Notes under the pieces: generated by a model
The model's input: only the letters and a program-made list of their open reading frames with translations
Told to the model about the DNA's origin: nothing
Databases searched by the model: none
Shown here: piece after piece, positions 29,517 to 45,200 of the stretch
Numbering within the stretch: position 1 is the stretch's first letter
Layout: every line of letters begins with the position of its first letter
Assembly (NCBI GenBank): GCA_964016885.1
Contig: OZ024741.1
Location: 376,526,001-376,590,000, forward strand
DNA from: Eledone cirrhosa
Lineage: Eukaryota
Direction of reading: 5' to 3'
DNA length: 64,000 nucleotides
Made by a program: the position numbers and the translations under genes

Positions 29517-30302
29517 CAACTAGAAATTGATTGACATATAAATATATCTAAAATAAACATATGAACCAATCACAGGGGATACTTTCTAAAAGTGTGTAAG
29601 CACACATAGCTATGTAGGTAACTAAATAAAGTTTAACTGGAACTTCAAAAATAGATACCTTATAAATTGATTAATCTTCCTTGTATATATTCCATTAAAG
29701 AAATATATTTCACCAATTAATCGATTGGTAAACGACAGTAGCCAGATCCTGGATTTTCAACAACGAAGATGACTAACCGTCTGTGTTTACGCATCAAATC
29801 AAATCAGCGACTGGCCAGTAACACGTGTTGTATTTACTAAATACACAGACATCGTACCAGCTTCGTCCCAGTGGCGTGAATAGGGTTATCGACAACTAGA
29901 AATAGCAGTCAAGTCCTTTCAACTGAGTTAGCTCTAGAATTAAGGGGCCGTATTTATATGTATCCAACATTAAGTTAAATTAAGGGTGTCATGTCAGATA
30001 TACATGTGCCATATCACCCGTAAAATATGCTCAGAGATTCCAATGAATAGATCCGAGCATTTTATATCAACTAGAAATTGATTGACATATAAATATATCT
30101 AAAATAAACATATGAAACAAGGGATAATAATTCGGGGTGTTTATAATAAATGTTCGGTAAATCCATACGTACATATATATATGTGTGCATGTATGTATAT
30201 ACATACACCTGTACGTCTGTATACATATATTTATGTACGTAAACATATTTATATTCAAATATCAGCCTTACTAAGAGTGGGAAATGAATATTCATTTATT
30301 CC

Positions 30303-30334
<32 letters not shown>

Positions 30335-30487
30335 ATAAATGCTCTGAAATAGCGATATATATGTGAATATAGACATAGAATATTCGAAAATATTCTGTAT
30401 GTTTATAATAAACATTTTGAAGACCTAATCGCTATAGAATAGAATACGTCACGTATTACAATTAGATTCTCGATAAAAGCAAGGGAA

Positions 30488-30530
30488 GTAATCTACGCGT
30501 TTCATTCTTGTTAGAAATCATCAGGACTAC
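30488..30530 (-). ncRNA. Type I hammerhead (also 30798-30840, 31108-31150, 31418-31460, 31728-31770 on minus)
   Basis: Reverse complement of 31864-31906. Confidence 0.9.
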
Positions 30531-31863
30531 ATATCCAGTGCTTTTATCGAGAATGACACAGCTAGAGACTTATAGAATACTTAGCTGTGTACAGGAACTG
30601 GTTTGAAAGAGCGGTTGCCGGTCCGGCAGAAATTAGAAATTGGAATAAATGCTCTGAAATAGCGATATATATGTGAATATAGACATAGAATATTGGAAAA
30701 TATTCTGTATGTTTATAATAAACATTTTGAAGACCTAATCGCTATAGAATAGAATACGTCACGTATTACAATTAGATTCTCGATAAAAGCAAGGGAAGTA
30801 ATCTACGCGTTTCATTCTTGTTAGAAATCATCAGGACTACATATCCAGTGCTTTTATCGAGAATGACACAGCTAGAGACTTATAGAATACTTAGCTGTGT
30901 ACAGGAACTGGTTTGAAAGAGCGGTTGCCGGTCCGGCAGAAATTAGAAATTGGAATAAATGCTCTGAAATAGCGATATATATGTGAATATAGACATAGAA
31001 TATTCGAAAATATTCTGTATGTTTATAATAAACATTTTGAAGACCTAATCGCTATAGAATAGAATACGTCACGTATTACAATTAGATTCTCGATAAAAGC
31101 AAGGGAAGTAATCTACGCGTTTCATTCTTGTTAGAAATCATCAGGACTACATATCCAGTGCTTTTATCGAGAATGACACAGCTAGAGACTTATAGAATAC
31201 TTAGCTGTGTACAGGAACTGGTTTGAAAGAGCGGTTGCCGGTCCGGCAGAAATTAGAAATTGGAATAAATGCTCTGAAATAGCGATATATATGTGAATAT
31301 AGACATAGAATATTCGAAAATATTCTGTATGTTTATAATAAACATTTTGAAGACCTAATCGCTATAGAATAGAATACGTCACGTATTACAATTAGATTCT
31401 CGATAAAAGCAAGGGAAGTAATCTACGCGTTTCATTCTTGTTAGAAATCATCAGGACTATATATCCAGTGCTTTTATCGAGAATGACACAGCTAGAGACT
31501 TATAGAATACTTAGCTGTGTACAGGAACTGGTTTGAAAGAGCGGTTGCCGGTCCGGCAGAAATTAGAAATTGGAATAAATGCTCTGAAATAGCGATATAT
31601 ATGTGAATATAGACATAGAATATTCGAAAATATTCTGTATGTTTATAATAAACATTTTGAAGACCTAATCGCTATAGAATAGAATACGTCACGTATTACA
31701 ATTAGATTCTCGATAAAAGCAAGGGAAGTAATCTACGCGTTTCATTCTTGTTAGAAATCATCAGGACTACATATCCAGTGCTTTTATCGAGAATGACACA
31801 GCTAGAGACCTAAGTATTCTATAAGTCTCTAGCTGTGTCATTCTCGATAAAAGCACTGGATAT

Positions 31864-31906
31864 GTAGTCCTGATGATTTCTAACAAGAATGAAACGCGTA
31901 GATTAC
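31864..31906 (+). ncRNA. Type I hammerhead (also 32174-32216, 32484-32526, 32794-32836, 33104-33146)
   Basis: gtagtc-CTGATGA-t-ttct-aaca-agaa-t-GAAA-cgcg-ta-gattac; palindromic stem III acgcgt, GUA site; outer helix ttctcgataaaagca/tgcttttatcgagaa. Confidence 0.9.
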
Positions 31907-33268
31907 TTCCCTTGCTTTTATCGAGAATCTAATTGTAATACGTGACGTATTCTATTCTATAGCGATTAGGTCTTCAAAATGTTTATTATAAACATACAGA
32001 ATATTTTCGAATATTCTATGTCTATATTCACATATATATCGCTATTTCAGAGCATTTATTCCAATTTCTAATTTCTGCCGGACCGGCAACCGCTCTTTCA
32101 AACCAGTTCCTGTACACAGCTAAGTATTCTATAAGTCTCTAGCTGTGTCATTCTCGATAAAAGCACTGGATATGTAGTCCTGATGATTTCTAACAAGAAT
32201 GAAACGCGTAGATTACTTCCCTTGCTTTTATCGAGAATCTAATTGTAATACGTGACGTGTTCTATTCTATAGCGATTAGGTCTTCAAAATGTTTATTATA
32301 AACATACAGAATATTTTCGAATATTCTATGTCTATATTCACATATATATCGCTATTTCAGAGCATTTATTCCAATTTCTAATTTCTGCCGGACCGGCAAC
32401 CGCTCTTTCAAACCAGTTCCTGTACACAGCTAAGTATTCTATAAGTCTCTAGCTGTGTCATTCTCGATAAAAACACTGAATATGTAGTCCTGATGATTTC
32501 TAACAATAATGAAACGCGTAGATTACTTCCCTTGCTTTTATCGAGAATCTAATTGTAATACGTGACGTATTCTATTCTATAGCGATTAGGTCTTCAAAAT
32601 GTTTATTATAAACATACAGAATATTTTCGAATATTCTATGTCTATATTCACATATATATCGCTATTTCAGAGCATTTATTCCAATTTCTAATTTCTGCCG
32701 GACCGGCAACCGCTCTTTCAAACCAGTTCCTGTACACAGCTAAGTATTCTATAAGTCTCTAGCTGTGTCATTCTCGATAAAAGCACTGGATATGTAGTCC
32801 TGATGATTTCTAACAAGAATGAAACGCGTAGATTACTTCCCTTGCTTTTATCGAGAATCTAATTGTAATACGTGACGTATTCTATTCTATAGCGATTAGG
32901 TCTTCAAAATGTTTATTATAAACATACAGAATATTTTCGAATATTCTATGTCTATATTCACATATATATCGCTATTTCAGAGCATTTATTCCAATTTCTA
33001 ATTTCTGCCGGACCGGCAACCGCTCTTTCAAACCAGTTCCTGTACACAGCTAAGTATTCTATAAGTCTCTAGCTGTGTCATTCTCGATAAAAGCACTGGA
33101 TATGTAGTCCTGATGATTTCTAACAAGAATGAAACGCGTAGATTACTTCCCTTGCTTTTATCGAGAATCTAATTATAATACGTGACGTATTCTATTCTAT
33201 AGCGATTAGGTCTTCAAAATGTTTATTATAAACATACAGAATATTTTCGAATATTCTATGTCTATATT

Positions 33269-33331
<63 letters not shown>

Positions 33332-33344
33332 CAAACATCACGGA

Positions 33345-33506
33345 CGCTCTATCTCAAAATTATTTTTGAAAAGCATTAGAAATACGCAACCGGTAAAACT
33401 TAAAACCAAAACTGAATACTAACCAATACTATTACTAATTCTCACTTATTCCTAATTAAACTATTTTTCACTGTGAACAATTTGTCAGCATTTTCTTTTC
33501 CGTTTA

Positions 33507-33510
<4 letters not shown>
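33345..33510 (+). repeat. Diverged copy of the 20187-20435 repeat
   Basis: ctctatctcaaaattatttttg...gcaaccggtaaaacttaaaac...tttgtcagcattttcttttc shared. Confidence 0.8.
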
Positions 33511-33570
<60 letters not shown>

Positions 33571-33665
33571 CATACTAGGATCGGAATTAAGCGCATTCCG
33601 CAATTCACAGTAATAATAATAATATTAGCTCAAAGAAGAATAGAGAATTTTCTTCTGAGCTCAGA

Positions 33666-34140
33666 TACAAATATATTACACAAATAGATGTGTGTTACAC
33701 AGTGAAATGTGTGTAAAGAATTATTACAAGTGATTTCTACCGATACTGTATAGAAAACAATATCTACAGGTTTAGCAATTAAATAGAAAAAAAACCTAAG
33801 TCAGAGTCAAATGTCTGAAGCGGGTATATTAGCTTTCTCTCTATCTATGAGGCTAGATGTGTAGTAAACAGAATCCACATTTGCTGAATGATGAACCTGT
33901 GGCTGTTAAACTGCACATTTCTGTGGTGAAACGACTTAATTTGTAGCAGAAAACATATAGTTATAAGGTTAGTAATTTAAAATCTACTTCAGAGATTTGA
34001 TGCTGACTAAATTTTTTTTCTGTTTAATTTATAAACCTGGAGATATTGTTTTTTATACAGTAACGGTAAAAATCACTTGTAATAATTCTTTACACACATT
34101 TCACTGTGTAACACACTTCTATTTGTGTAATATATTTGTA
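33666..34140. repeat. Inverted repeat, ~155-bp arms
   Basis: tacaaatatattacacaaataga...gtgtgtaaagaattattacaagtgattt at 33666 mirrored at ~33985-34140. Confidence 0.8.
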
Positions 34141-34172
34141 TATATATACATAATATATATATATATATATAT

Positions 34173-34223
<51 letters not shown>

Positions 34224-34554
34224 GGAAAAAATGAAATTTCATTTCACAATTTTAGTACGGCTGATATTTGAATATAAGTATGTTTACGTACAGACATATA
34301 TATATACAGATGTTTACCGAACATTTATTATAATGCTCGGTTTGTTTGTAAACAAGCAGCCCGAATTATTAACCGTACAGTGTTCGGCAACCATTGTTGC
34401 AAACAAACCGAGCATTATAATAAATGTTCAGTAAACCCATACGTACATATACATATATATATGTGTGCATGTATATATATACATACTACTGTACATCTGT
34501 ATACATATATGTATGTACGTATACATACTTATATTTATATGTATATATATACAT

Positions 34555-35365
34555 ATACGTTATTCCGGGTTGAATCGGAGGTAACCACAGTAAGTAAGGT
34601 ACTCAATACATTGCAGAGTATAACAGTTTTAATATAGATGAGATTCTACAGGACTAGAACTATTTCATTCTTTAGAAATCATCAGAAATCTGGGTTACAA
34701 AAAATAAGTATGGTATTTATATATATACATATACGTTATTCCGGGTTGAATCGGAGGTAACCACAGTAAGTAAGGTACTCAATACATTGCAGAGTATATA
34801 AGTTTTAATATAGATGAGATTCTACAGGACTAGAACTGTTTCATTCTTTAGAAACCATCAGAAATCTGGGTTACAAAAAATAAGTATGGTATTTATAGGT
34901 CTCTTCAAATGGTAGGAGAGGATAGGGAGTGGAATGGGTGTAGGTCATTGGTTGATAGAAAAGGGAATTCTTTAAAAGCTAATTCTACAAAGTTATAGTT
35001 TATTTTTATTTTTATTTTTAGAGTAACAAAGGCAGAAAGAATTCTATAAACAAGTTCAGGATGGGGTGCCACTCCTTATTATTAAGTTTCTCTTAAGCTA
35101 ACAGGTGTCTATAAGATCAGTGGGGGTCAGTCATGGTTGATGGATTTACACGAAAGGGAGATTCTTTAAAAGCTAAATTCTTTAAGGTTCTACTAAGTGA
35201 CAAAGGTTTAGAGAATTCTGTAGACAAATTCTAAATATTGAGTGCATATCATACAATTATCTTCAAATTTCTCTTAAACTATTCAACTATATGCCAAAAA
35301 TCAACAGACACATTCACAAAAACACTCACTCACACACTCGCGCGCACCCATAAACACACACACAT

Positions 35366-35422
<57 letters not shown>

Positions 35423-35479
35423 TATACACATATATACATATATACACACATACACACACATATATATACACACATACAC

Positions 35480-35529
<50 letters not shown>

Positions 35530-35556
35530 AACACACACACATATACTCACACATAC

Positions 35557-35570
<14 letters not shown>
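34555..35570 (-). repeat. pLTR-like repeat with 177-bp tandem duplication and degenerate HHR (34652-34690); inverted partner at 44405-45087
   Basis: atacgttattccgggttgaatcgg repeated; minus strand ctgatga-tttctaaagaat-gaaa. Confidence 0.75.
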
Positions 35571-35587
<17 letters not shown>

Positions 35588-35628
35588 CACACATATATAT
35601 ACATATACACATATACATACATACACAT

Positions 35629-35685
<57 letters not shown>

Positions 35686-35694
35686 CATATATAT

Positions 35695-35780
<86 letters not shown>

Positions 35781-35782
<2 letters not shown>

Positions 35783-38700
35783 AAAGTTATATTTAAAATC
35801 TGACTCTTTTATAAGGAGAATCAGGTGGCGAGCATTCCACTTTGATAAATCTAATATAAATGAAAATGCCTCGGACTTAAACAAAGTTTTTAAATCTAAA
35901 AGAAATCCACCCCCTAACAAACTTTTATCTGACTTTGAAAACGATATAATTTCTATCATACAAGGGGTCAAATTCAAGAGAAACTTCAAAGGCCAGGAAT
36001 ATCTGAAAGGCATTAAAGGATAATATTGAGAGCTTAGAGAAAACTGAGAAGATCTTGGTGAAATCTGACAAGACCAACAACCTCTATGGAGTGCAGAAAG
36101 ACATGTATAATGGCCTCATACTGAAGGAACTGAGGAAAAAGTACAAGGTAGCAGATAGGGCCGAGCTTGAGAAAATGAATGTTGAAGCATCTTGTATAAT
36201 GCACGAGTTGGAAATTGAGAACAGAACACAACCTTTCGTGCCCAGGAAACCGAAGATCAATATGAAAGATCACAAAAGGAATTTTGAAAATGACTTGCCA
36301 GTTAGATTGATCGCACCATCAAAATCGGACCTGGGCAAATTAAGCAAAAACATTCTTGACAGGGTGATACAGCAAATTAAAAACTTGGATTGTATACCTA
36401 ACCTGAGCTTGTGGAAGGGAACTGGAGAGGTTGTTGAGTGGTTTAAGCAAATTAAATATAACAATAATAATAAGTTTATTCAACTTGATATTGCTAACTA
36501 TTATTCTTCTATTACCCCTAATCTACTAAATAAGGCACTAAATTACGCATTCAAACATACAGACCTAACTAGTAATGAAATGCACATTATATTATCGGCT
36601 AGGAAAACATTGATAGAATTTAATGACCAACTATGGACCAGAGCAGATAGAGATAGCAATTTTGACATTACTATGGGATCATCCGACTCAGCTCAGGTAA
36701 CTGACCTTGTGGGCTTATTTTTAATCAATTCGCTACATAGGAAAATACCTGGTACTACCGGAGGTTTATAAAGAGATGACATGCTTTTACTTATTGATAA
36801 TAATAACTCTGAACTAAATAGAAAAAGAAAACAAATTACACAATTTTTTTAATTACTTTAATCTAAAAATAGAAATTGAGAACAACCATAGAATAGTCAA
36901 TTTCCTAGATATAACATTAAATCTCAACACATGTCTTCACTATCCATTTCAAAAGTTGAATGAAAACTTAAACTATGTCAGCTTTAACTCTAACCACCCC
37001 AGATCTGTCAAAAACACTATAGTAAACTCTGTTCAAAAACGTATCTCTAGAATCTCGTCTAATAGAAAGATTTTCGACGAAAAAGCCCAGTACTACAATG
37101 AAGCGTTAGCTAGAGCAGGATATAGTGATAAGATTATGTACATAGATAATGATAGACAAACTAAACAAAATAACAACTATTTTAATTACGGCCACAACCT
37201 TAACAACTATAATAGAAACCATTACAATAATTCCAAAAGCCAAAAAAGAAATAGAACTAGGAACATAATATGGTTTGCCCCCCCCTTTCTCACTAAACAT
37301 TAAAACCCACATCGCTAAACTATTTTTTAAAGCTCTTGATAATCGCTTCCCTAGAACACATAGGTATCACTCAATTTTCAATAGACATACTATAAAATTA
37401 ACCTACTCATCCACCAAAAAATTAGCACAAAATATTAATAGAATAAATAATAGGAACTTAAAACCTAGCGATAATAGCATAAATAATATACAAGTTAACA
37501 AATGTAACTGTAGAGATAGATCTAAATGTCCGTTAAATAACAACTGCTTAGTTAAAAATATAATATACAACTGTAATGTTAAAACGGACTCTAATTCTTT
37601 TAACTACGTCGGTTCCACATCGACGGAATTTAAACTTCGCTATAATAACCACAAGAATTTTTTCACAGATCCAAGCAAAAAATCTTCAACAGCACTATCA
37701 GGCGTACTCTGGCAACTTAGGCAAGATAACGTTAGATATTCGACGGCTTGGAATATAGTCTCAAGAGGGATTCCTTTTAATTCATCCTCTGAGACATGTG
37801 ACCTCTGCGCGGAGGAGATATTCTTTATACTAAAATCTAAAGATTCCCTTAATCTACGGACAAATTTATTCAGTTGCTGCAAACATAGATTGAACTCAAC
37901 TTTTAAATATAAATTTAAATTTAAAATGTAGTATATTTAGTTTGATTTGTAATTATTTGGGAAACTAGCCGATAAATCTTTCGATTTCTTCTTTTTATTC
38001 TTCTTTTTATTTTAATTTTTATTTTAAACATTCTTCATGAAAAATTAAACTACCCTAAAAGTTGATGCTCCAAATATATCGAATAAACGTTACACTAGAT
38101 AAACTTCTATATTAAATATAAGAACATATGTAGACCAAATGGGCATCCTAAACTTTTGAAATGATTTCTGCTAGACGCGATTTGGTAAATAATTTTTAGC
38201 TTTATCTGTTTTCGACTCTGATGATTATAATGAACTTGGCAATATATTGTCAATTAATTTTGAAGGGTTGATCTTTGTGGTCGATTTGCGTGGCATATTA
38301 TGTTTTTATTTTTATTATTTTAATATTTTTTTATATTTTTTAATATTTTTAATTTTTAATATTTTTAATATTTTTAATATTTTTATTTTTAATATGTAAT
38401 ATTTTTTAGTTTTCTATTTTACTTATTTATTTGTTTATTATTATTATTATTATTATTATTTGTTGTTTTTGTTTCTGATATTTTTATTAATATATTGAAA
38501 TCTGTTCTCTATTTCTGCTTGATAGATAATCATGTAGAGTAAAGACAAGAATAGTATTGTTAAAATTAATATAGACTCTATATATATGTGTATATATACA
38601 CATATATGTATACTTAAATTTTTATAGCACAATGAGAATGTTCTCCGTGTGAAATAGGGGTTTGCAGAGTTGATCACGTAAATTCACATCGATGTTTGTA

Positions 38701-39416
38701 ATTATCATATAAATATATGAATTTTTAAAACTAGACATAAGATTATTACTTTTCACACATTATAGATACGTGTCTCATTCAGGAATACTGATATTAACAT
38801 TATAGTGCCTGGTTTTTATACGAACTAATATTTCTACATTAAAACATAGGGTTTTTACATTCTGCCTCGCCTATGTCTGGTTACTTTTCATTTTTCTCTC
38901 TATATAACGGCTGGTTTCTTTCCTAACCACATATATCTCCCTTACATTAATACTAGAGCTAAATAAATAAATAAATAAATAAATGTATCATTGATACGTC
39001 ATTCAACGGATGTTCAACTACCTACTTTTCTCTATATATATCTATCTCTATCTATTTCCTCTCTCTATATATCTCTCTCTGTTTCTTTACATGAAGTTCT
39101 TCTCTTTATCTATCTTTCCATCTCTCTATTTTGTTGCATGCATCTCTTCTTTTTTCTTCTTTTTCTTCGTTTTCTTTCTTTCTTTCCTTCTTTCTTTCTT
39201 TCTTTCTTTCTTTCTGTTTACAATTTTTCACTGCCAAATCAACTTTTTCAAATACAAGTCGATGTTGAACGGTATGTCAAATCTATTTATCTATAAAACT
39301 GTCTATATTGTATTTTGTCTGAAGAAGGCATAACATATTGTTAATATGATATCCCTGAAATATATATAATGAAATAAATATGGTTTTATAAATATAGTTT
39401 CCATTTATTTAATATC

Positions 39417-39418
<2 letters not shown>
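35781..39418 (+). mobile_element. Near full-length Penelope-like element (Naiad-like) with few stops and frameshifts
   Basis: [101 protein letters not shown]; 3' HHR and (TA)n. Confidence 0.93.
39311..39376 (+). ncRNA. Type I hammerhead ribozyme
   Basis: tattttgt-CTGAAGA-agg...cct-GAAA-tatata-ta-atgaaata; homologous to 10450-10514. Confidence 0.78.
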
Positions 39419-39454
<36 letters not shown>

Positions 39455-39578
39455 TCACAAATATACACAAACATATGTATACACATACACACATACGTAT
39501 ACATAAATAAATATATATATATAAATATATATACACATATATATATACATATATATATATAAGCACACACATACATAC

Positions 39579-39660
<82 letters not shown>

Positions 39661-39772
39661 ACACATACACATATACATAAACATATATAAATATATATAT
39701 ACACATATTCACACATATATACAGACACATATATATACACACATATATACACACACATACACATACATATAC

Positions 39773-39819
<47 letters not shown>

Positions 39820-40005
39820 TATACATATACATACATACACATACACACACACATATATATATACATTTATATATATACATATATATATATATATACACAT
39901 ACATACACACATATATATATACATATACACACATACATATACACATATACACATAGACATACATATATACACACATATATATACATATACACACATAATA
40001 TACAC

Positions 40006-40044
<39 letters not shown>

Positions 40045-40075
40045 AATACATACACACACATACACATATATATAC

Positions 40076-40117
<42 letters not shown>

Positions 40118-40141
40118 TAACACACACATACATATACATAT

Positions 40142-40236
<95 letters not shown>

Positions 40237-40261
40237 CACATATATATATACATATATATAC

Positions 40262-40310
<49 letters not shown>

Positions 40311-40315
<5 letters not shown>

Positions 40316-40830
40316 ATGAAATGACAGGAGGCTGGATTTGTGTAAATCCTTGAAAGGTTTATTATACTATGATCATTTCAATGACCGGGTTCCGTATGAA
40401 TCCGGTGATATCATCAGGTATTCGAAATATAATACGTGAATGTAATAGGTAAAATCCATGGGGCTGAAAATCCCAGGGCGACCGGCTGAGGTTGAAGGAA
40501 CAGAATAGCGGTCGCCCTCGGGTCTCGATTTTCAGCCCCATGGATTTTACCTATTACATTCACGTATTATATTTCGAATACCTGATGATATCACCGGATT
40601 CATACGGAACCCGGTCATTGAAATGATGATAGTATAATAAACCTTTCAAGGATTTACACAAATCCAGCCTCCTGTCATTTCATTATAATATTTAACTCCG
40701 TAATAGCACCACCAACTACAAAAACAAAGACGGTTGAACTGCTTTACGTTGAGTACTCTCTATATTATTGCATTACGATTGACCATACGGAATAGACCAG
40801 CTCTATACAGTGGTGAACCTCAAACCTGAA
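40311..40830. mobile_element. Small ORF-less fold-back element with two opposed hammerheads
   Basis: ~160-bp near-perfect inverted arms 40311-40470 / 40527-40688 around a GC hairpin; flanked by (TA)n. Confidence 0.88.
40364..40421 (-). ncRNA. Type I hammerhead ribozyme (plus-strand copy at 40578-40635)
   Basis: atac-CTGATGA-...accgg/ccggt...-GAAA-tgatca-ta-gtat; palindromic stem III atgatcat. Confidence 0.85.
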
Positions 40831-41037
40831 TATATATATATATATATACATATATATATACACATACACACACATACACACACACACATATATATACACA
40901 TATATACACACACACACATATATAAATAAATAAATACATACACACACAGAGTGAACCACACAAACACTTACACACATATATATATATATACACACACACA
41001 CATATGTATATATATATACACACATATATACACACAT

Positions 41038-41134
<97 letters not shown>

Positions 41135-41329
41135 TCTATCTATATATATATATATATCTATATATATGTACACATACACATACATACATATACATACACA
41201 TACATATACACACATACACACAGATATATACACATACAAATAAATAAGTACTCAATAAATATACGCATATACACAGTCACATAAAAACAGCTCTACAGGC
41301 TGAAAATGCAGATAGGTAAGAGGTACTCA

Positions 41330-42986
<1,657 letters not shown>

Positions 42987-42997
42987 AGAATTATATA

Positions 42998-43042
<45 letters not shown>

Positions 43043-43086
43043 ATATATATATATATGTATATATATATACATATATATATAATTCT

Positions 43087-43258
<172 letters not shown>

Positions 43259-43368
43259 AGAATTACCCGACAAACACCACACTCGCTTTCTGCAACTCGA
43301 CGTACAAAACTACTATGCCACTATATGTGTATATATATATATATGTATATATATAAATGTATATATAC

Positions 43369-43399
<31 letters not shown>

Positions 43400-43419
43400 C
43401 ATATATATATATATACATA

Positions 43420-43489
<70 letters not shown>

Positions 43490-43502
43490 CATATATATAT
43501 AC

Positions 43503-43562
<60 letters not shown>

Positions 43563-43574
43563 GTGTATATATAC

Positions 43575-43646
<72 letters not shown>

Positions 43647-43713
43647 ATATATATATATATGCATGTCTATATATAAATATATATATATATGTGTGTGTGT
43701 GTATATATATGTA

Positions 43714-43775
<62 letters not shown>

Positions 43776-43844
43776 TATATGTATATGTGTATGTATGTAT
43801 ATGTATATATGTATATATGTGTGTATATGTATATATATATATAT

Positions 43845-44405
43845 CTAAGGCGGGTAAAATTCCCGAGATCCATGGACGAGTTCTCTCCAGCGGTCTCTGT
43901 CCCTCATTATCGCTGCCATGTCCTGCATCTCCAACAGACCAGTGTCTGTCCTTAGGGCATCAACATACGTTAACCTTGGTCTTCCTCTTCTAGTGTGCCC
44001 ATGTAGGGGCTCCCAAAGGAGTACTGAGTGCAATGTCAACTCTGGATGTCGGTGAGCTTGTCCAGCTAACATCAATCTCCTATGTGTCACTTTCGAGCTG
44101 ACCTTTGGGATGCCCCCATACAACTCTGAGTTTTTCATCCTCAGTGTATACTGATTAATGTTCGGAGGCATCCTCAACATTCTCGGTGTAGCACCCATCC
44201 ACCATCTGAGTGAGTTTCTTGGTCAGTGTCCAAGTCTCAGACCCATACAGCAGCACAGACTCCACTACAGCAATGAAGAGGCGGACTTTCAGGTCTCTAC
44301 GAAGGTCCGACTTCCACACCGATCTCAAGCTGTGGCACGCCGCCCAGGCCTTGCTCTTCCTCTCAACCACATCATCTTCCGTATTCCCAATCGTTGCTCC
44401 CAAAT
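43845..44405 (-). mobile_element. RTE-clade LINE 3' fragment
   Basis: [37 protein letters not shown]. Confidence 0.85.
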
Positions 44406-44440
44406 ACATATGTATATGTATGTGTGAGTATATGTGTGTG

Positions 44441-44498
<58 letters not shown>

Positions 44499-44555
44499 GT
44501 GTATGTGTGTATATATATGTGTGTGTATGTGTGTATATATGTATATATGTGTATA

Positions 44556-44604
<49 letters not shown>

Positions 44605-44615
44605 GTGTGTGTGTG

Positions 44616-44675
<60 letters not shown>

Positions 44676-45087
44676 GTATATGTGTATGTGTGTGTGTTTA
44701 TGGGTGGGCGCGAGTGTGTGAGTGATTGTTTTTGTGAATGTGTCTGTTGATTTTTGTCTGTTGATTTTTGTCTGATCTTATAGACACCTGTTAGCTTAAG
44801 AGAAACTTAATAATAAGGAGTGGCACCCCATCCTGAACTTGTTTATAGAATTCTTTCTGCCTTTGTTACTCTAAAAATAAAAATAAACTATAGTTTTCTA
44901 GAATTAGCTTTTAATGAATTCCCTTTTCTATCAACCAATGACCTACACCCATCCCACTCCCTACCCTCTCCTACCACTTGAAGAGACCTATAAATACCAT
45001 ACTTATTTTTTGATACCCAGATTCCTGATGATTTCTAAAGAATAAAACAGTTTTAGTCCTGTAGAATATCATCTATATTAAAACTAT
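44405..45087 (+). repeat. Inverted copy of ~34800-35570
   Basis: Reverse complement including tgatcttatagacacctgttagc...ggagtggcaccccatcc and the microsatellite pattern. Confidence 0.88.
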
Positions 45088-45129
45088 ATATACATATATA
45101 TCTGAATGGAAAGAGTGGTGTGAATGGGT

Positions 45130-45200
45130 GATGTGTTGGTGTAATGGTTGCACAGTGGTCGCGATAACCACAGATGTGGGTTCGACTCCCATGTACGTCA
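45130..45200 (+). ncRNA. tRNA-like cloverleaf copy in a partial 259-bp unit
   Basis: Near-identical to 1540-1610; flank matches 1611-1707. Confidence 0.7.

Larger units (their letters stand above)
30331..33279. mobile_element. Palindromic array of ten near-identical 310-bp hammerhead units (retrozyme-like)
   Basis: Units start at 30331, 30641, 30951, 31261, 31571; orientation flips at 31809/31810; inverted units at 31810, 32120, 32430, 32740, 33050; no ORF; TA tracts on both sides. Confidence 0.95.

Noticed and set aside
30331-33279. CRISPR array or plain satellite
   Set aside because: No unique spacers; eukaryotic context; hammerhead content explains the units better
33880-33950. Degenerate hammerhead in the inverted-repeat spacer
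   Set aside because: Core AUGAUGA; stems I and III ambiguous
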